From an uncultured Collinsella sp. (GTDB taxonomy: Bacteria; Actinomycetota; Coriobacteriia; Coriobacteriales; Coriobacteriaceae), in NCBI GenBank assembly GCA_900549715.1, contig URPK01000008.1, positions 23,174-87,173 on the forward strand: DNA of 64,000 nucleotides, written 5' to 3'. The translations under genes and the position numbers were made by a program. A model generated the notes under the pieces. The model was given only the letters and a program-made list of their open reading frames with translations. It was not told the origin of the DNA and searched no databases. This document shows positions 52,127-64,000 of this stretch, piece by piece; the stretch's first letter is position 1, and every line of letters begins with the position of its first letter.

Positions 52127-52483
52127 CTATCCTGCGTTGATGCTGGCGATGAGGTCGTTGGCTTTGGTGGCGATGACGTTGTTGATGTCGGCCTGCAGCT
52201 CCTCGTACGCCGCTATGGCTCGCTCGCCGGCGGGGGTGAGCGATGATCCGCGGGCGCCGTCGCGCTCGATGAGCTTGCAGCCCAGCTGTCCTTCCGCCTC
52301 GTTCACAATGCGCCAGGCTTTGGAATACGCCATGCCCATGCTCTTGGCGGCGCGGTTGAGCGAGTGCTCGCGGGCGATGCCCTGCAGCAGCAAGACACAG
52401 CCGTGGCCGAACACGCCCGGCAGGTCTTTGTCGCACGCTTGAATGACCAACTTTGCCGTCGTCTTGTACTCCATGTGCTCCAC
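52127..52483 (-). CDS. ModE-like N-terminal winged-HTH regulator
   Basis: FG.G..LL..I....SL..AAKSMGMAYSKAW....E..LG..L...G..GS.LT pattern. Confidence 0.85.
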   Translation of the reverse strand: MEHMEYKTTAKLVIQACDKDLPGVFGHGCVLLLQGIAREHSLNRAAKSMGMAYSKAWRIVNEAEGQLGCKLIERDGARGSSLTPAGERAIAAYEELQADINNVIATKANDLIASINAG

Positions 52484-52667
52484 GTCTTCCCGCTAAAGTG
52501 TTTGCTGGGCAAACGCAAAGCCTGCGTCAAACCCTCGTGTGCTCTTTCTAAACCATGCATTGTAGCAGTCAAAGTGCGTTAAGATACTTCCCCAGTATTG
52601 GGCGCCCAAGGTTGGGCTGGGTCCTACGAGGCCTGCAGCCGACCGGTCGCATGGAAAAAGGAGAAAC

Positions 52668-54179
52668 ATGGCTACGTTCTTTCCCGGTGAGTCCCACACG
52701 TTTTCGGAGTATCTGCTGGTCCCTGGTTACTCGTCCTCGCAGTGCATCCCCAACAACGTCTCTCTTAAGACGCCGCTAACCCGCTTCAAGCGCGGTGAGA
52801 AGCCGGCAATCACCCTGAACATCCCCATGGTTTCCGCCATCATGCAGTCCGTCTCGGGCGTCGACATGGGTGTCGCGCTCGCTACCGAGGGTGGCCTGTC
52901 CTTCATTTACGGTTCTCAGACCCCCGAGTCCGAGGCTGCTATGGTCAAGGCCGTTAAGGATCACAAGGCTGGTTTCGTTCAGTCCGATTCCACGCTGACA
53001 CCCGACATGACCATGGAGCAGGTCATCGAGCTCAAGGAGAAGACCGGCCACTCCACCATGCCGGTCACCGACGACGGCACTCCCAAGGGCAAGCTCCTGG
53101 GCATTGTCACCAGCCGTGACTATCGTCCCAGCCGCGATGACCACCAGAAGAAGGTCTCCGAGTTCATGACCCCGCGCGAGCAGCTCATCGTGGGCGACAA
53201 GAACATCAGCCTCAAGGTTGCCAACGACGTCATCTGGGACAACAAGCTCAACGCCCTGCCTATCGTCGACGACAACGATCACCTTATGGGCATCGTCTTC
53301 CGCAAGGACTACGACAGCCACAAGACCAACCCCAACGAGCTGCTCGATAACGACAAGCGCTATATGGTCGGCGCCGGTATCAACACCCGCGACTATGCCG
53401 AGCGCGTGCCGCTGCTCATCGAGGCCGGTGCCGATGTCCTGTGCATCGACTCTTCCGAGGGCTTCAGCGAATGGCAGAAGCGCACCATCGAGTGGATTCG
53501 CGCCAACTACGGCGAGGACGTCAAGGTCGGTGCCGGCAACGTCGTCGACGCTGAGGGCTTCCGCTTCCTGGCCGACTGCGGTGCCGACTTCATCAAGGTC
53601 GGTATCGGCGGCGGTTCCATCTGCATTACCCGCGAGACCAAGGGCATCGGCCGTGGCCAGGCCACCGCGCTGATTGACGTCTGCCGCGCTCGCGACGAGT
53701 ACTACGAGGAGACCGGCATCTACGTGCCCGTGTGCTCCGACGGCGGCATCGTCTACGACTACCACATGACGCTCGCCCTTGCCATGGGTGCCGACTTTAT
53801 GATGCTGGGCCGCTACTTTGCTCGCTTCGACGAGAGCCCGACCGAGCGCGTCAACGTCAACGGCCAGTACATGAAGGAGTACTGGGGCGAGGGTTCCGCG
53901 CGTGCCCGCAACTGGCAGCGCTACGACCTGGGTGGCGCCGCGAAGCTCAGCTTCGTCGAGGGCGTCGACTCCTACGTTCCCTACGCCGGCTCCCTCAAGG
54001 ACGGCGTGGGCGGCACGCTCTACAAGGTTAAGTCCACGATGTGCAACTGCGGCGCCCTCTCGATCCCCGAGCTCCAGGAAAAGGCACGCCTGACCCTGGT
54101 CTCCTCGACCTCGATCGTCGAAGGCGGAGCCCACGACGTCGTAGTCAAGGACTCCCAACAGAGCGTAACGTATCGATAA
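52668..54179 (+). CDS. guaB: IMP dehydrogenase (with CBS pair)
   Basis: [37 protein letters not shown]. Confidence 0.95.
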   Translation: MATFFPGESHTFSEYLLVPGYSSSQCIPNNVSLKTPLTRFKRGEKPAITLNIPMVSAIMQSVSGVDMGVALATEGGLSFIYGSQTPESEAAMVKAVKDHKAGFVQSDSTLTPDMTMEQVIELKEKTGHSTMPVTDDGTPKGKLLGIVTSRDYRPSRDDHQKKVSEFMTPREQLIVGDKNISLKVANDVIWDNKLNALPIVDDNDHLMGIVFRKDYDSHKTNPNELLDNDKRYMVGAGINTRDYAERVPLLIEAGADVLCIDSSEGFSEWQKRTIEWIRANYGEDVKVGAGNVVDAEGFRFLADCGADFIKVGIGGGSICITRETKGIGRGQATALIDVCRARDEYYEETGIYVPVCSDGGIVYDYHMTLALAMGADFMMLGRYFARFDESPTERVNVNGQYMKEYWGEGSARARNWQRYDLGGAAKLSFVEGVDSYVPYAGSLKDGVGGTLYKVKSTMCNCGALSIPELQEKARLTLVSSTSIVEGGAHDVVVKDSQQSVTYR

Positions 54180-54223
54180 GATAAGACCTGCACATAAAGG
54201 TTGAGCCTCAACCACGTTATTTA

Positions 54224-54270
54224 GATAAAGCGAGATGCCTGCAAGTCGCAGGCATCTCGCTTGTCGTATT
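54224..54270 (+). terminator. Terminator-like hairpin after guaB
   Basis: aagcgagatgcctgc/gcaggcatctcgctt stem. Confidence 0.65.
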
Positions 54271-54438
54271 TGCTATTATCAGTCGAGTCAACCTTAGGGT
54301 CGGGCGGCTTAGCTTTGTTTGCTACAAGTTCCGCACGCAAAGAAGAGCACTTAATGTGCTCTTCGTCTTGCGCAGGACTGTCCGCAGTAGCGAATAAAGC
54401 TAAGCCGACCGACTCCATTAAAGATTAAAGGAGCTGAT

Positions 54439-57015
54439 ATGTGCGATTGCACAGATCATAAGGATGAGATCCCTGCCTACGACGCACAGGCCATTGAGTC
54501 CAAGTGGATGAAGGCCTGGGAGGACTCCAACCTCTTTGCCGTCGACACCGACGCCAGCAAGCCCAAGAAGTACGTGCTCGAGATGTTCCCGTATCCGTCG
54601 GGCGACCTGCACATGGGCCACGCGCGCAACTATACCATCGGCGATGCCATGGCCCGTCAGGCCCGCATGCGCGGCTACGATGTGCTGCACCCCATCGGCT
54701 TTGACGCCTTTGGCCTGCCTGCCGAGAACGCCGCCATCAAGCACAACACGCAGGCTGCCGCCTGGACGTATAAGAACATGGACCAGGCTCTCGCCACGAT
54801 GAAGCGTATGGGCTTCTCCTACGATCTGGATCGCATGGTCAAGACCTGCAGCCCCGATTATTACCGTTGGGGTCAGTGGATCTTTGAGAAGTTGTGGGAA
54901 AAGGGCCTGGTTTACCGCAAGAAGAACCCGGTCAACTGGTGCCCCACCTGCAAGACCGTTCTGGCCAACGAGCAGGTCACCGAGGGCAAGTGCTGGCGCT
55001 GCGGCACCGAGCCCGAGAAGCGCGACCTGGAGCAGTGGTACTTCAAGATTACCGAGTACTCTCAGGAGCTGCTCGATGACCTGGAGAAGCTCCCCGGCTG
55101 GCCCGAGCGCGTCAAGCAGATGCAGGCCAACTGGATCGGTCGTTCCGAGGGCGCCGAGGTCGACTTTACCCTGTGCGACCAGGATGGCGAGCCCATCGAG
55201 GACGACGAGGGTAAGATCACCGTCTTCACCACGCGAGCCGACACGCTCTTCGGTGTCTCCTTCTTTGTCCTGGCTCCCGAGTACGCGCGTCTGCACGAGC
55301 TCGTCGAGGGTACGGAGTACGAGGAGGCCGTGACCAAGATCGTCGAGGACTCCAAGCATATCTCCGCCGTCGAACGTGCCCAGGGCACCCTCGAGAAGCA
55401 CGGTGCCTTTACCGGCCGCTACGTGGTGAACCCGGTCAACGGCGAGAAGGTCCCCGTGTGGGTTGCCGACTACGTTGTTGCCGACTACGGCACCGGCGCC
55501 GTCATGGCCGTTCCCTGCGGCGACCAGCGCGACTTTGAGTTCGCACGCAAGTATGATTTGCCGATCGTGCCGATCATCCTGGACGATGACGACCGCGCAG
55601 CCGTCGAGGCTAACGGTGAGACCATCGATACCTTCCATGCCGAGACCGTCGACTGGGATTGCGCCCATGCTGCCGAGGGCACGCTGGTCCAGTCCGGCAA
55701 GTACACCGGTATGCGCGGCGGCAAGCACTCCGAGGGCGAGGCTGCGATCGTGGCCGACCTCGAGGCCATGGGCTGCGGTCGTCGTAAGGTCGAGTTCCGT
55801 CTGCGCGACTGGCTCATTTCCCGCCAGCGCTATTGGGGCAACCCCATCCCGGCCATCCACTGCGAGCACTGCGGCATCGTGCCCGTGCCCGAGGACCAGC
55901 TGCCGGTGACGCTGCCCGAGAACCTTGACCTGGGCGCCGGCGAGACCCTCGCCGAGTGCAAGGAGTTCTACGAGACCACCTGCCCGGTCTGCGGCCGCCC
56001 GGCTAAGCGCGAGACCGATACCATGGACACCTTTACCTGCTCCAGCTGGTATTACCTGCGCTATACCGACCCGCACAACACCGAGCTGCCTTTCTCCCGC
56101 GAGGCCGCCGACCGTTGGATGCCCGTCGATAACTACATCGGCGGCATCGAGCACGCCATTCTGCACCTGCTCTACAGCCGCTTCTTTACCAAGGCACTGC
56201 GCGACCTGGGCCTGCTGAGTGTGGACGAGCCCTTCACCAACCTGCTGTGCCAGGGCATGGTCAAGGACGAGAACGGCGACACCATGTCCAAGTCCAAGGG
56301 CAATGTCGTGCCCCCGAGCTCGGTCATCGAGCCCTACGGCGCCGACACCATGCGTCTGGCGATCCTGTTTATCGCCCCGCCCGAGAAGGACTTCGACTGG
56401 GATCCCAAGGCCGTTGAGGGCGCCAACCGCTTCATCAAGCGCGCCTGGCGTATCGTTTGGCAGCTCGTCCAGTCCGGCGACGCCAACGTGGCCTTCGACA
56501 AGTCCGCGCTCGACGAGGCGGCGATGAAGCTCTACCGCGAGCGCCATCGCACCATCGCCAAGTGCACCGAGGACTTCGACCGCGGCCAGTTCAACACCGC
56601 GATCTCGGCCGTCATGGAACTCGTCAATGCCGCGAGCGCCTACCTCAACGCTACTGAGGGCGCTTCCCGTGACAAGGCCCTGTGCTACGGCGTGGCCAAG
56701 GATATCGTGAGCGTCCTTGCCCCCATCTGCCCGTTCTGGGCCGATGAGCTGTGGCATGAGGCGCTCGGCTGTGAGGGCAACGCCTACACCGCCGCCTGGC
56801 CCGAGTTTGACCTGGCCGAGTCCATCGAGGACACGGTGCAGATTGTCGTACAGGTGCTTGGCAAGGTCCGTGGCCGCATCGACGTCGCCCGCGACGCCTC
56901 CAACGAGGAGATGCAGGCTGCCGCCGAGGCCGCCGTTGCCAAGTGGCTTGAGGGCAAGACGGTCGTCAAGGCCATCTGCGTGCCCGGCAAGCTGGTTAAC
57001 CTGGTGGTCAAGTAA
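54439..57015 (+). CDS. leuS: Leucine--tRNA ligase
   Basis: [36 protein letters not shown]. Confidence 0.97.
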   Translation: MCDCTDHKDEIPAYDAQAIESKWMKAWEDSNLFAVDTDASKPKKYVLEMFPYPSGDLHMGHARNYTIGDAMARQARMRGYDVLHPIGFDAFGLPAENAAIKHNTQAAAWTYKNMDQALATMKRMGFSYDLDRMVKTCSPDYYRWGQWIFEKLWEKGLVYRKKNPVNWCPTCKTVLANEQVTEGKCWRCGTEPEKRDLEQWYFKITEYSQELLDDLEKLPGWPERVKQMQANWIGRSEGAEVDFTLCDQDGEPIEDDEGKITVFTTRADTLFGVSFFVLAPEYARLHELVEGTEYEEAVTKIVEDSKHISAVERAQGTLEKHGAFTGRYVVNPVNGEKVPVWVADYVVADYGTGAVMAVPCGDQRDFEFARKYDLPIVPIILDDDDRAAVEANGETIDTFHAETVDWDCAHAAEGTLVQSGKYTGMRGGKHSEGEAAIVADLEAMGCGRRKVEFRLRDWLISRQRYWGNPIPAIHCEHCGIVPVPEDQLPVTLPENLDLGAGETLAECKEFYETTCPVCGRPAKRETDTMDTFTCSSWYYLRYTDPHNTELPFSREAADRWMPVDNYIGGIEHAILHLLYSRFFTKALRDLGLLSVDEPFTNLLCQGMVKDENGDTMSKSKGNVVPPSSVIEPYGADTMRLAILFIAPPEKDFDWDPKAVEGANRFIKRAWRIVWQLVQSGDANVAFDKSALDEAAMKLYRERHRTIAKCTEDFDRGQFNTAISAVMELVNAASAYLNATEGASRDKALCYGVAKDIVSVLAPICPFWADELWHEALGCEGNAYTAAWPEFDLAESIEDTVQIVVQVLGKVRGRIDVARDASNEEMQAAAEAAVAKWLEGKTVVKAICVPGKLVNLVVK

Positions 57016-57038
57016 GCGCTGCGCGTATAGCTGACATC

Positions 57039-57080
57039 AAAAAGCGAGGGACGATTCCGTAGGGAGTCGCCCCTCTTTTT
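57039..57080 (+). terminator. Intrinsic terminator after leuS
   Basis: gagggacgattcc/ggagtcgccctc stem plus T tract. Confidence 0.65.
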
Positions 57081-57165
57081 GGTTAAGGACACTTGCGACA
57101 ACACCCAATTACCCATTTCTTGTGGAGAACCTGTGCTCACGCTGACCTGCGGGTTTGTGTTGTGG

Positions 57166-57194
57166 TTGCACGTTTGTGCAGGTATTGGTATAGT
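57166..57194 (+). promoter_or_regulatory. Putative promoter of the rimP-nusA-infB operon
   Basis: TTGCAC-17 bp-TATAGT with extended TG. Confidence 0.6.
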
Positions 57195-57218
57195 TTGCTT
57201 GCAAATGAAGTTGTAATT

Positions 57219-57252
57219 GAAAGAAGTGGGGTTTCGGCCCCGCTTCTTTTTT
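57219..57252 (+). promoter_or_regulatory. rimP leader attenuator-like hairpin
   Basis: aaagaagtgggg-tttcgg-ccccgcttcttttt in the 5' UTR, resembling the known rimP leader. Confidence 0.65.
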
Positions 57253-57272
57253 GTATGGATGGAGGTGCCGCA

Positions 57273-57767
57273 ATGGTCAAGACCAAGACCGAGCAGGCGA
57301 TCATCGACGCGCTCGAGGCCGTTGCTCCCCAGCACGATGTCGACATTGTCGACGTTGAGCTCGTGGGTGCCACCAAGGCCCCCTGCGTGCGCGTGCGTAT
57401 CGAGGGTGCCGAGGGCCAGAGCCTGTCGCTCAATGACGTCACGGCCAACACCAAATGGGTCGGCGATGTGATTGAGGAGCTCGACCCCATCTCTTCGAGC
57501 TATACGCTCGAGGTGTCGAGCCCGGGTATGGCGCGCCCGCTGCGCCGCCCGCGTGACTTTGCCCGCTTTGTGGGCGAGAACTGCGAGCTCACCTCCACCG
57601 CCACCGAGGGCCGTCGCAAGTACGCCGGCAAGATTGCCGCCGCTACCGAGACGAACGTGACCCTCGAGCTCGAGGACGGCGAGTCCGTCACCCTCGAATT
57701 CTGCGATGTTAAAAAGTGCAAGTTGAAGCCCACCTACGACTTCAAGCCCGCGAAGGAAGGAAAGTAA
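57273..57767 (+). CDS. rimP: Ribosome maturation factor RimP
   Basis: YTLEVSSPG..RPL motif; GGAGGT RBS; synteny. Confidence 0.93.
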   Translation: MVKTKTEQAIIDALEAVAPQHDVDIVDVELVGATKAPCVRVRIEGAEGQSLSLNDVTANTKWVGDVIEELDPISSSYTLEVSSPGMARPLRRPRDFARFVGENCELTSTATEGRRKYAGKIAAATETNVTLELEDGESVTLEFCDVKKCKLKPTYDFKPAKEGK

Positions 57768-57768
57768 G

Positions 57769-59016
57769 ATGGCAGCATCCGACATGATGACCGCCCTGAT
57801 GGAGCTTTGCCAGGAAAGGCACATCGACCAGCTCTACCTGATCGACCGCCTGGAGCAGTCGCTCGCCAAGAGCTATGCCGAGATCCTGCATCTTGAGTGG
57901 GGCGCCAAGGTGACCATCGACCGCACCACCGGCAAGATCTACGTCTACCGCCTGGAGCCGATCGACGATTCCATGGACGAGGAAGGCAACTTCACCGAGT
58001 TCGAGGAGATCGACGTCACCCCCAAGAACACGAGCCGCATCGCCGCCCAGCACGCCAAGGCCGAGATCAACGCCATCGTGCGCAACTCCGCCCGCGAGCA
58101 GATCTACGAGGAGTTCGCTGGCCGCATCGGTGACCTCATCAGCGGTACCGTGCTGCAGTCCACGCCCGACTTCACGATCGTCAAGATCCGCGAGGGCGTC
58201 GAGGCCGAGCTTCCGCACTTCGACCAGCGCCGTTACGAGAACGAGCGCAACGAGCGTCCGATGGGCGAGCGCTATCTACACAATCAGCACATCAAGGCCG
58301 TGATCATCGACGTTCGCGACCCCAACTCCAACCTGCAGCCGGTTCGTGGCGAGCACAGCCGTCCGCCGATTGTCATCTCCCGTACCCACCCCGAGCTCAT
58401 GCGTCGTCTGTTTGAGCAGGAGGTGCCCGAGATCTATGAGGGCACCGTCCAGATCAAGTCGATCGCCCGCGAGCCCGGCCAGCGCTCCAAGGTCGCCGTC
58501 CACTCGCTCGACGATCGCCTGGATCCCGTTGGCGCCTGCGTCGGCCCCAAGGGCAGCCGTGTTCGCGCCGTCGTGGGCGAGCTCCGTGGCGAGCGCGTCG
58601 ACGTCATCCTGTGGGATGCCGATCCGGCCGTCTATGTCGCCAACGCCCTGTCGCCTGCTAAGGTCACCCGCGTCCTTATCGACGAGGGGAAGGCCTACGC
58701 CGGCGTTATCGTGCCCGACGACCAGCTGTCCCTCGCCATCGGCAAGGAGGGCCAGAACGCCCGCCTCGCCGCGCGCCTGACCGGTTGGCATATCGACATC
58801 AAGTCCGAGACCCTTGCCGCCGACATCCTTAAGAACGTTCCCGTTCACGAGGAGCCCGCCGCCGACCTGATCGGTGACGAGGAGGACGAGGACGTCCGTC
58901 GCTGCGAGTTCGTGTCCGAGGACGGCATCCAGTGCCGCAACCAGGCCCGTCCCGGCTCCCGTTTCTGCGGTGTCCACGACACCGACGCCTTCGATGATGC
59001 GGAGGACCTGATCTAG
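57769..59016 (+). CDS. nusA: Transcription termination factor NusA
   Basis: [37 protein letters not shown]. Confidence 0.96.
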   Translation: MAASDMMTALMELCQERHIDQLYLIDRLEQSLAKSYAEILHLEWGAKVTIDRTTGKIYVYRLEPIDDSMDEEGNFTEFEEIDVTPKNTSRIAAQHAKAEINAIVRNSAREQIYEEFAGRIGDLISGTVLQSTPDFTIVKIREGVEAELPHFDQRRYENERNERPMGERYLHNQHIKAVIIDVRDPNSNLQPVRGEHSRPPIVISRTHPELMRRLFEQEVPEIYEGTVQIKSIAREPGQRSKVAVHSLDDRLDPVGACVGPKGSRVRAVVGELRGERVDVILWDADPAVYVANALSPAKVTRVLIDEGKAYAGVIVPDDQLSLAIGKEGQNARLAARLTGWHIDIKSETLAADILKNVPVHEEPAADLIGDEEDEDVRRCEFVSEDGIQCRNQARPGSRFCGVHDTDAFDDAEDLI

Positions 59017-59107
59017 CGCGCGGTCGCGCCGGGCAGGTCCCAGCGCATACCCCACGCTCGTTCAGTCTCTAGGCACCCAAGGTGCCAGAAAGGGTAGGTG
59101 AAGTCAT

Positions 59108-61822
59108 ATGGCAAAAGTCCGTGTGTCCACCCTGGCCAAAGAGTTCGGCATGACCTCTAAGGAACTGATGGGTCATCTCGCCGAAATGAAGATTCCCGCT
59201 AAGTCCGCTTCCTCCGCCCTGGAGGACGCTTACGTCGCCATGGTCCGCAAGCAGCTCGCCTCGGTGATCGAGGCCCGCGCCCAGGAAGTCGAGGCCGCCA
59301 AGCAGGCCGAGGAGCAGGCCGCTGCCGCCGAGGAGGCAGCACGCGCTGCCGAGGCCGAGCGCGAGCGCATCGCCGCCGAGAAGGCACGCGAGGAGGAGCG
59401 CCGTCAGTTCGCCGCCGCCCAGGCTGCCGAGGAGGCCGCCCGTGCCGAGGCCGAGGCCAAGAAGAAGGCCGAGCAGGAGCGCCTTGCCCGCGAGAAGGAG
59501 GAGGCTGCCCGCGAGGCCCAGCGCCGCGCCGTTCCCGCTTCCGACTCCGGTTCGCGTTTCCGCTCTCTGCTCGACCAGATCGCCGCACAGGAGACCGTGC
59601 TCAAGGAGAAGAAGGACGCCGAGCAGAAGGCCAAGGCCGAGCGCGCTGCCGAGCGCGGCAACCGTCGTGGCGGCAACAACGACCGTCGCGGTGGCCGTCG
59701 TAACGATCGCAACGCCTCCGACAACAACTCCGAGCGCAACGCCTCCGAGAACCGCCCGCACAGCCATCGCACCAATGCCAGCAACAACGTCGCTGCCAGT
59801 ATGGACTTCCCCAACCCCGACAAGCAGGGCAAGGGCAAGAAGCGCAAGGGCGGTCACAACAACGAAGAGGACCACTACAGCCGCATGGCTCGCGAGGCCG
59901 AGGAGTACAGCCGTGAGAAGGTGCTCGAGGAGGCTCGTGCCGCCGTCGAGGAGGCCTCTCGCGAGTCCACTGGTCGTCGCAAAAAGCGCAAGGAGAAGCG
60001 CGAGCGCGAGGCCGCAAAGGCTCAGGAAGAGCGCAAGATTGAGGAGGCGCTGGCCCAGGGCGTGAACCCCGAGGACCTCGACGCCATCAAGGTCTCCCAG
60101 GGCGTTACCGTCCAGGAGCTCGCCGAGGCACTCGACGTTCCGGCCAACGACATCATCAAGCGCCTGTTCCTGCTGGGTACGCCGCTTACCATGACGCAGT
60201 CCATGTCCGACGACCTTGTCGAGCTCGTTGCCGACGACTTGGGCCGTCAGATCAAGATCATCACCCCCGAGGAGGAGAACACCTTCTCGTTCTACGACGA
60301 TCCCGCCGACCTTAAGCCGCGCGCCCCGGTCGTCACCGTCATGGGTCACGTCGACCACGGCAAGACGAGCCTGCTCGACGCCATCCGTCACACCGGCGTC
60401 GCTGCCGGCGAGGCGGGCGGCATTACCCAGGCCATCGGCGCTTCGCAGGTCATGATCAACGACCGCAAGATCACCTTCATCGATACCCCCGGTCACGCCA
60501 CCTTTACGGCCATGCGTGCCCGCGGCGCCAAGGTGACCGACATCGTCATCCTGATCGTGGCTGCCGACGACGGCGTCATGCCCCAGACCATCGAGTCGAT
60601 CAACCACGCCAAGGCCGCCGGCGTTCCCATCGTCGTCGCCGTCAACAAGATTGATAAGCCGGGCGCCAACCCCGACCGCGTGCGCCAGGAGCTCACCGAG
60701 TACGGCATCATCCCCGAGGAGTGGGGCGGACAGAACATGTTCGTCAACATCTCGGCCAAGCAGAAGATCGGTATCGACGATCTGCTCGAGACCGTGCTGC
60801 TCCAGGCCGACGTGCTCGAGCTCAAGGCCAACCCCGACACCTTTGCCTCCGGTAACGTCCTCGAGGCTAAGCTCGACAAGGGCCGCGGCTCGGTTGCTAC
60901 GGTGCTCGTGACCCGCGGTACCCTGCACGTGGGCGACACGCTGGTCGCCGGCCTTACCTACGGCCGCGTCCGCGCCATGCTCGATCCTAAGGGCAACGCC
61001 GTCACCGAGGCCGGCCCCTCCGACGCCGTCGAGATCCTGGGCCTGCAGTCCGTACCCAACGCCGGCGACGAGTTCCGCGTGTTCGAGGACGAGCGCGAGG
61101 CTCGCGCCCTGGCCGACGAGCGTTCGCTCAAGGCCCGCATCGAGGAGCAGAGCCGCGTGAAGCACGTGACGCTCGAGAACCTCTTCGAGACCATCGCCGA
61201 CGCCGAGGTCAAGGAGCTCAACCTGATCATCAAGGCCGACGTTCAGGGCTCCATCGAGGCCCTTCAGGACTCCCTCGACAAGATGGATCAGTCCGAGGTG
61301 CGCATCAACACGATCCACTCCGCAGTCGGTGCCATCAACGAGACCGACGTCGTCCTGGCCGACGCCTCCAACGCCATCATCATCGGCTTTGGTGTCCGTC
61401 CCGACGGTAAGGCTCGCTCCGCTGCCGAGCGCGAGGGCGTCGAGATCCGTTGCTACGACGTCATCTACAAGTGCCTCGAGGAGCTCGATGCTGCTCGTAT
61501 CGGCATGCTCAAGCCCACCGAGGTCGAGGTCTCCACGGGTACCGCGACTGTCCTGGACACCTTCAAGGTGCCCAAAGTCGGTATCGCCGCCGGTGTCCGC
61601 GTCGAAGAGGGCGAGATCGCCGCGACCGATTCCGTGCGTCTGGTGCGTGACGGCATCGTGGTCTTCAACGGCAAGATCGCCTCGATGCGCCACTACAAGG
61701 ATGAGGCCAAGAGCCTCAAGAGCGGTTCCGAGGGCGGCATTGGCCTGGAGAACTTCCAGGATATCAAGCCCGGCGACCAGATCGAGGGTTACCGTATCGA
61801 CCAGGTTGCCCGTACCGAGTAG
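59108..61822 (+). CDS. infB: Translation initiation factor IF-2
   Basis: [29 protein letters not shown]. Confidence 0.97.
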   Translation: MAKVRVSTLAKEFGMTSKELMGHLAEMKIPAKSASSALEDAYVAMVRKQLASVIEARAQEVEAAKQAEEQAAAAEEAARAAEAERERIAAEKAREEERRQFAAAQAAEEAARAEAEAKKKAEQERLAREKEEAAREAQRRAVPASDSGSRFRSLLDQIAAQETVLKEKKDAEQKAKAERAAERGNRRGGNNDRRGGRRNDRNASDNNSERNASENRPHSHRTNASNNVAASMDFPNPDKQGKGKKRKGGHNNEEDHYSRMAREAEEYSREKVLEEARAAVEEASRESTGRRKKRKEKREREAAKAQEERKIEEALAQGVNPEDLDAIKVSQGVTVQELAEALDVPANDIIKRLFLLGTPLTMTQSMSDDLVELVADDLGRQIKIITPEEENTFSFYDDPADLKPRAPVVTVMGHVDHGKTSLLDAIRHTGVAAGEAGGITQAIGASQVMINDRKITFIDTPGHATFTAMRARGAKVTDIVILIVAADDGVMPQTIESINHAKAAGVPIVVAVNKIDKPGANPDRVRQELTEYGIIPEEWGGQNMFVNISAKQKIGIDDLLETVLLQADVLELKANPDTFASGNVLEAKLDKGRGSVATVLVTRGTLHVGDTLVAGLTYGRVRAMLDPKGNAVTEAGPSDAVEILGLQSVPNAGDEFRVFEDEREARALADERSLKARIEEQSRVKHVTLENLFETIADAEVKELNLIIKADVQGSIEALQDSLDKMDQSEVRINTIHSAVGAINETDVVLADASNAIIIGFGVRPDGKARSAAEREGVEIRCYDVIYKCLEELDAARIGMLKPTEVEVSTGTATVLDTFKVPKVGIAAGVRVEEGEIAATDSVRLVRDGIVVFNGKIASMRHYKDEAKSLKSGSEGGIGLENFQDIKPGDQIEGYRIDQVARTE

Positions 61823-61833
61823 GGGGTAGCGCT

Positions 61834-62244
61834 ATGAAGCAAACGCAGGCAACCCGCCGTCTGGGCGAGCAGCTTCGCGAGAAGCTCGGTTATATCCTGC
61901 TCTTTGAGGTTTCCGATCCGCGTCTCGACCTGGTTACTTTGACCGCGGTCGAGGTCGCGGTGGACCGTTCGTTCGCGCGCGTGTACGTGTCGTGCGATGC
62001 GAGCCGCTACGACGAGGTCATGGAGGCGCTCGCAAGCGCCAAGGGCCGTATTCGCAGCCTGTTGGCTCGCTCGCTCGATTGGCGTGTTACGCCCGAGCTC
62101 GATTTTCGCATCGATCGCTCGACCGATGAGGCCGAGCGCATCACGCGTGCGCTGGAAAACGTTCCCGCCACGCTTGCGATCGAAAAGGACGAGGACGGCT
62201 ACCCGATAGCGGATGCCGCCCAGGAGGCAGCTTTAGATGACTAA
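61834..62244 (+). CDS. rbfA: Ribosome-binding factor A
   Basis: DPRL, R.TPEL.F.ID; synteny. Confidence 0.92.
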   Translation: MKQTQATRRLGEQLREKLGYILLFEVSDPRLDLVTLTAVEVAVDRSFARVYVSCDASRYDEVMEALASAKGRIRSLLARSLDWRVTPELDFRIDRSTDEAERITRALENVPATLAIEKDEDGYPIADAAQEAALDD

Positions 62245-63280
62245 TTCCGCCGGCCTCGCCTCGTGCGAGTCTGCAGATATTCAGCGACGCATCCTCGAGC
62301 TCATCGAGGGTGCGTCCTCCATTGCGATTTCGGGACATACTTCTCCCGATGGCGATGCCTTGGGCTCCGTGCTGGGTCTGGGCCTCTCGCTTATGAAGTT
62401 TTTCCCCAACAAGGACATTGCCCTGTTGCTGGCAGACGATGACCCGGTTCCGCGCATCTACCGCTTTATGGAAGGCTCCGATCGCCTGGTGCCGGCATCT
62501 GCGTACACCGGCAATCCGGACCTGTTCATTTCGGTGGACGTGCCGGTCGTCGAGCGCCTCAACAACTCGGCCGAGGTGCTTCGTCGCTCCAAGCATGTGG
62601 TGTGTTTCGATCACCATCCGGCGCGCGAGGAGTTTGCCGAGCTCAGCCTGAGGCGCGTCGAAGCTGCGGCCTGCGCCATGATCATCGACCGCTTCTTGGA
62701 CAATTGCGGCATTGTCGCACGTGATGGCGTTGCGACCTGCCTGCTTTGTGGCTTGGTTACCGACACCGGTCGTTTCCAGTACCAGAACGCCGATGCTGCC
62801 GCTTTCCACGCCGCTTCGCGCCTGGTCGCACATGGTGCCGATCCGGCTCGTGTCGCGCTTGAGGTCTATCAGAGCATGCGCGTCGAGTTTTTGCACCTCA
62901 AGTCCATTGTCATGGGCCGTATTAAGACGGTTGCGCACGGGCGCGTGGCGTATAGCTATGCCTACCAGAGCGACCTTGAGGCCTGCGGTGTCACCTCGGA
63001 TGAGTGCGACGGCCTTGTTGACGTGGTGCGCTCGGTGATGGGCGTGGAGGTCTGCCTGTTCCTGAAGGGCATCGAGGGCGATACCAAGGTGCGCGGCAAC
63101 CTGCGCTCCAAGGGCGACCTCAACGTGTCCGAGATTGCTGCTGCCTTTGGCGGAGGCGGACATTCCGCTGCCGCCGGTTTCTCCAACAACGGAACGATTC
63201 TCGAGACGCTCACCGTGGCACTTCCCATGCTGGCCGAGCTGGTAGGGGAGGATCCCGCTTCGGTGACCGTCGAGCTTTAA
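62237..63280 (+). CDS. nrnA: DHH family oligoribonuclease/PAP phosphatase NrnA
   Basis: H.SPDGDALGS, FDHH, TDTGRF, GGGH..AAG. Confidence 0.9.
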   Translation: MTNSAGLASCESADIQRRILELIEGASSIAISGHTSPDGDALGSVLGLGLSLMKFFPNKDIALLLADDDPVPRIYRFMEGSDRLVPASAYTGNPDLFISVDVPVVERLNNSAEVLRRSKHVVCFDHHPAREEFAELSLRRVEAAACAMIIDRFLDNCGIVARDGVATCLLCGLVTDTGRFQYQNADAAAFHAASRLVAHGADPARVALEVYQSMRVEFLHLKSIVMGRIKTVAHGRVAYSYAYQSDLEACGVTSDECDGLVDVVRSVMGVEVCLFLKGIEGDTKVRGNLRSKGDLNVSEIAAAFGGGGHSAAAGFSNNGTILETLTVALPMLAELVGEDPASVTVEL

Positions 63281-63295
63281 CTTTTTGGATGGTAC

Positions 63296-64000
63296 ATGGC
63301 TCGTCGTACGCCTTCACAACTGAATATGCTGCTCGCCGTCGATAAGCCGGTGGGATGCACGTCCCACGATGTGGTCTCGCAATGCCGACGCGCCCTCCAT
63401 GAGCGGCGCGTCGGCCATGCCGGCACGCTCGACCCCATGGCATCGGGTGTCATGGTGGTGGGCGTGGGCCAGGCCACCCGTCTGCTGGGTATGCTCACGC
63501 TCGATACCAAAAGCTACGTCGCCGACATCTCGTTTGGTGCCGAGACCAATACCGATGATGCGGAGGGCGAGGCGGTCCGCACGGTGGCTGTTGCCAACGA
63601 GCTCCGCGATCCTGCCTATGCCCGTGAGCACTTGGCCGCCATGCTGGGTCCGCAGATGCAGGTGCCGCCGGCGTTTTCGGCTATCTCGGTCAATGGCGTT
63701 CGCGCCTACAAGTCTGCTCGAGAGGGCAATGCGGTGGACCTACCTCCGCGCCCCGTCGAGGTTTATGCCGCCGACCTGATCGCCGTGGGCGGCGAGGGTG
63801 ATACGTGTGTGTGGACCGTGGCGTTCTCGGTGAGCAAGGGCACCTACATTCGTGCGCTCGCTCGCGACCTGGGCCGCGCCTGCGAGAGCGCCGCGCACAT
63901 TTCCGCGCTGCGCCGCACGGCCTCCGGTGTTGTTTCCATTGGCGCCTGCCATGCGGTGGAGGAGCTTTCTCCCGAGTCCGCCGTTGGCTTTGCCCTGGAT
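63296..64000 (+). CDS. truB: tRNA pseudouridine(55) synthase, runs off the window end
   Basis: Manual translation: DKPVGCTSHDVV, VGHAGTLDPMASG, QVPPAFSA, SKGTYIRALARD. Confidence 0.94.
   Translation, partial: MARRTPSQLNMLLAVDKPVGCTSHDVVSQCRRALHERRVGHAGTLDPMASGVMVVGVGQATRLLGMLTLDTKSYVADISFGAETNTDDAEGEAVRTVAVANELRDPAYAREHLAAMLGPQMQVPPAFSAISVNGVRAYKSAREGNAVDLPPRPVEVYAADLIAVGGEGDTCVWTVAFSVSKGTYIRALARDLGRACESAAHISALRRTASGVVSIGACHAVEELSPESAVGFALD

Overview
High-GC chromosomal window. Gene content and protein style suggest a gut Coriobacteriia actinobacterium (Collinsella-like); this is inference, not a database result. Left core (1-21.9 kb): gdhA, a xanthine-dehydrogenase-family pair, tRNA-Leu(TAG), tig-clpP-clpX, valS, folC, Xaa-Pro peptidase, a three-gene FAD-oxidoreductase/DUF1667-like operon, a zinc-ribbon membrane protein and thrS. 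Right core (50.8-64 kb): a degenerate Cys/Met PLP-fold gene, a ModE-like regulator, guaB, leuS and rimP-nusA-infB-rbfA-nrnA-truB. Between them lies a ~29 kb variable locus with no visible integrase. Its first part is a Wzx/Wzy polysaccharide operon led by a NusG-paralog antiterminator. That operon's promoter sits between perfect 15-bp inverted repeats (candidate invertible promoter), and the operon carries a Dodola-like pair and a MenD-like/SDR pair. Its second part is a low-GC defence-like island: dinJ with a nonsense-broken yafQ, a RosmerTA-like pair, an RloC/PrrC-like ATPase, HEPN-like and DUF2806-like genes, and an AbiL/RloAB-like pair. The island ends at a GH32 gene remnant. The main non-coding findings are a 7-unit, 80-bp-period array of alternating-orientation 17-bp motifs (18763-19302), two 160-bp MITE-like elements, a 76-bp duplicated structured element, and several REP-like or fold-back palindromes.
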